Below are positions 63,733-64,000 of a stretch of 64,000 bases of DNA, in pieces. A program made the position numbers and the translations under genes. This DNA is from a phage. Below the pieces are notes generated by a model. That model did no database searches, was not told the DNA's origin, and saw only the letters and a program-made list of their open reading frames with translations. Within the stretch, counting starts at the first letter, position 1. The number at the start of each line of letters is the position of its first letter. Location of the stretch: NCBI GenBank assembly GCA_018175275.1, contig GCA_018175275.1_4531.1. One strand, 5' to 3'.

Positions 63733-63984
63733 TTAGTCAAACCAGTCGTATTCAGAAGGGTAACGAGCGTAGTTTGGCTTGTACCCCAGCCTTTCCATCT
63801 TAACAGACATACGAGTGAAGCCAAAGGTTGTTTTGCCCTTAGACATAAACTTCTTCCCACTCTTCATTGGCTTCTTAGGGTCTTTGATCGTCTGGTGTAA
63901 CGCTCGCGCAAGCCACAAAGTGTATGCGCTCGGCACTTGATTAACTTTCATCTTGTTACCTTTCATCATTTCACCTCGGACCAA
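63733..63984 (-). CDS. hypothetical basic small protein
   Basis: 83-aa ORF, Lys/Arg-rich. Confidence 0.3.
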   Translation of the reverse strand: MVRGEMMKGNKMKVNQVPSAYTLWLARALHQTIKDPKKPMKSGKKFMSKGKTTFGFTRMSVKMERLGYKPNYARYPSEYDWFD

Positions 63985-64000
63985 TCAATAGTGATCCACT

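Overview
The window reads as a contiguous piece of a large virulent tailed phage genome from a Gram-negative host (T4-type lysozyme, overlapping Rz/Rz1-like spanin pair); no host chromosome is visible. Layout: (i) 128-9281, minus strand: head/packaging module (capsid-like, scaffold-like, portal-like, large terminase, spanins); (ii) 9489-12140, minus strand: tRNA cluster with at least 11 parseable tRNAs, an embedded HNH homing endonuclease and several unresolved non-coding islands; (iii) about 12940-13140: AT-rich strand-switch region with inverted GTAC-rich repeats; (iv) 13398-50563, plus strand: early/middle block with an RNA-repair trio (metallophosphoesterase, Rnl1-like RNA ligase, Pnk-like kinase), a second ligase, ThyX, NrdA/NrdB split by an HNH-AP2 endonuclease, a complete dTDP-L-rhamnose pathway (rmlB-A-C-D) plus glutaredoxin, lysozyme, PhoH, HslV-like peptidase, Ser/Thr phosphatase, Sir2-like protein, methyltransferase-like proteins and many small ORFs; (v) 50633-63984, minus strand: small early-type genes including a serine recombinase and a four-member paralogous family. 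Most interesting candidates: a mini-intein splitting the terminase P-loop, a tandem trio of small proteins ending in W-x-S-S-S-x-C, the four-member paralog family, the phage-borne dTDP-rhamnose pathway, and an RNase H-like gene with no canonical start codon. All calls are by eye from sequence and motifs; no searches or folding were run, and coordinates of RNA and regulatory features are approximate.
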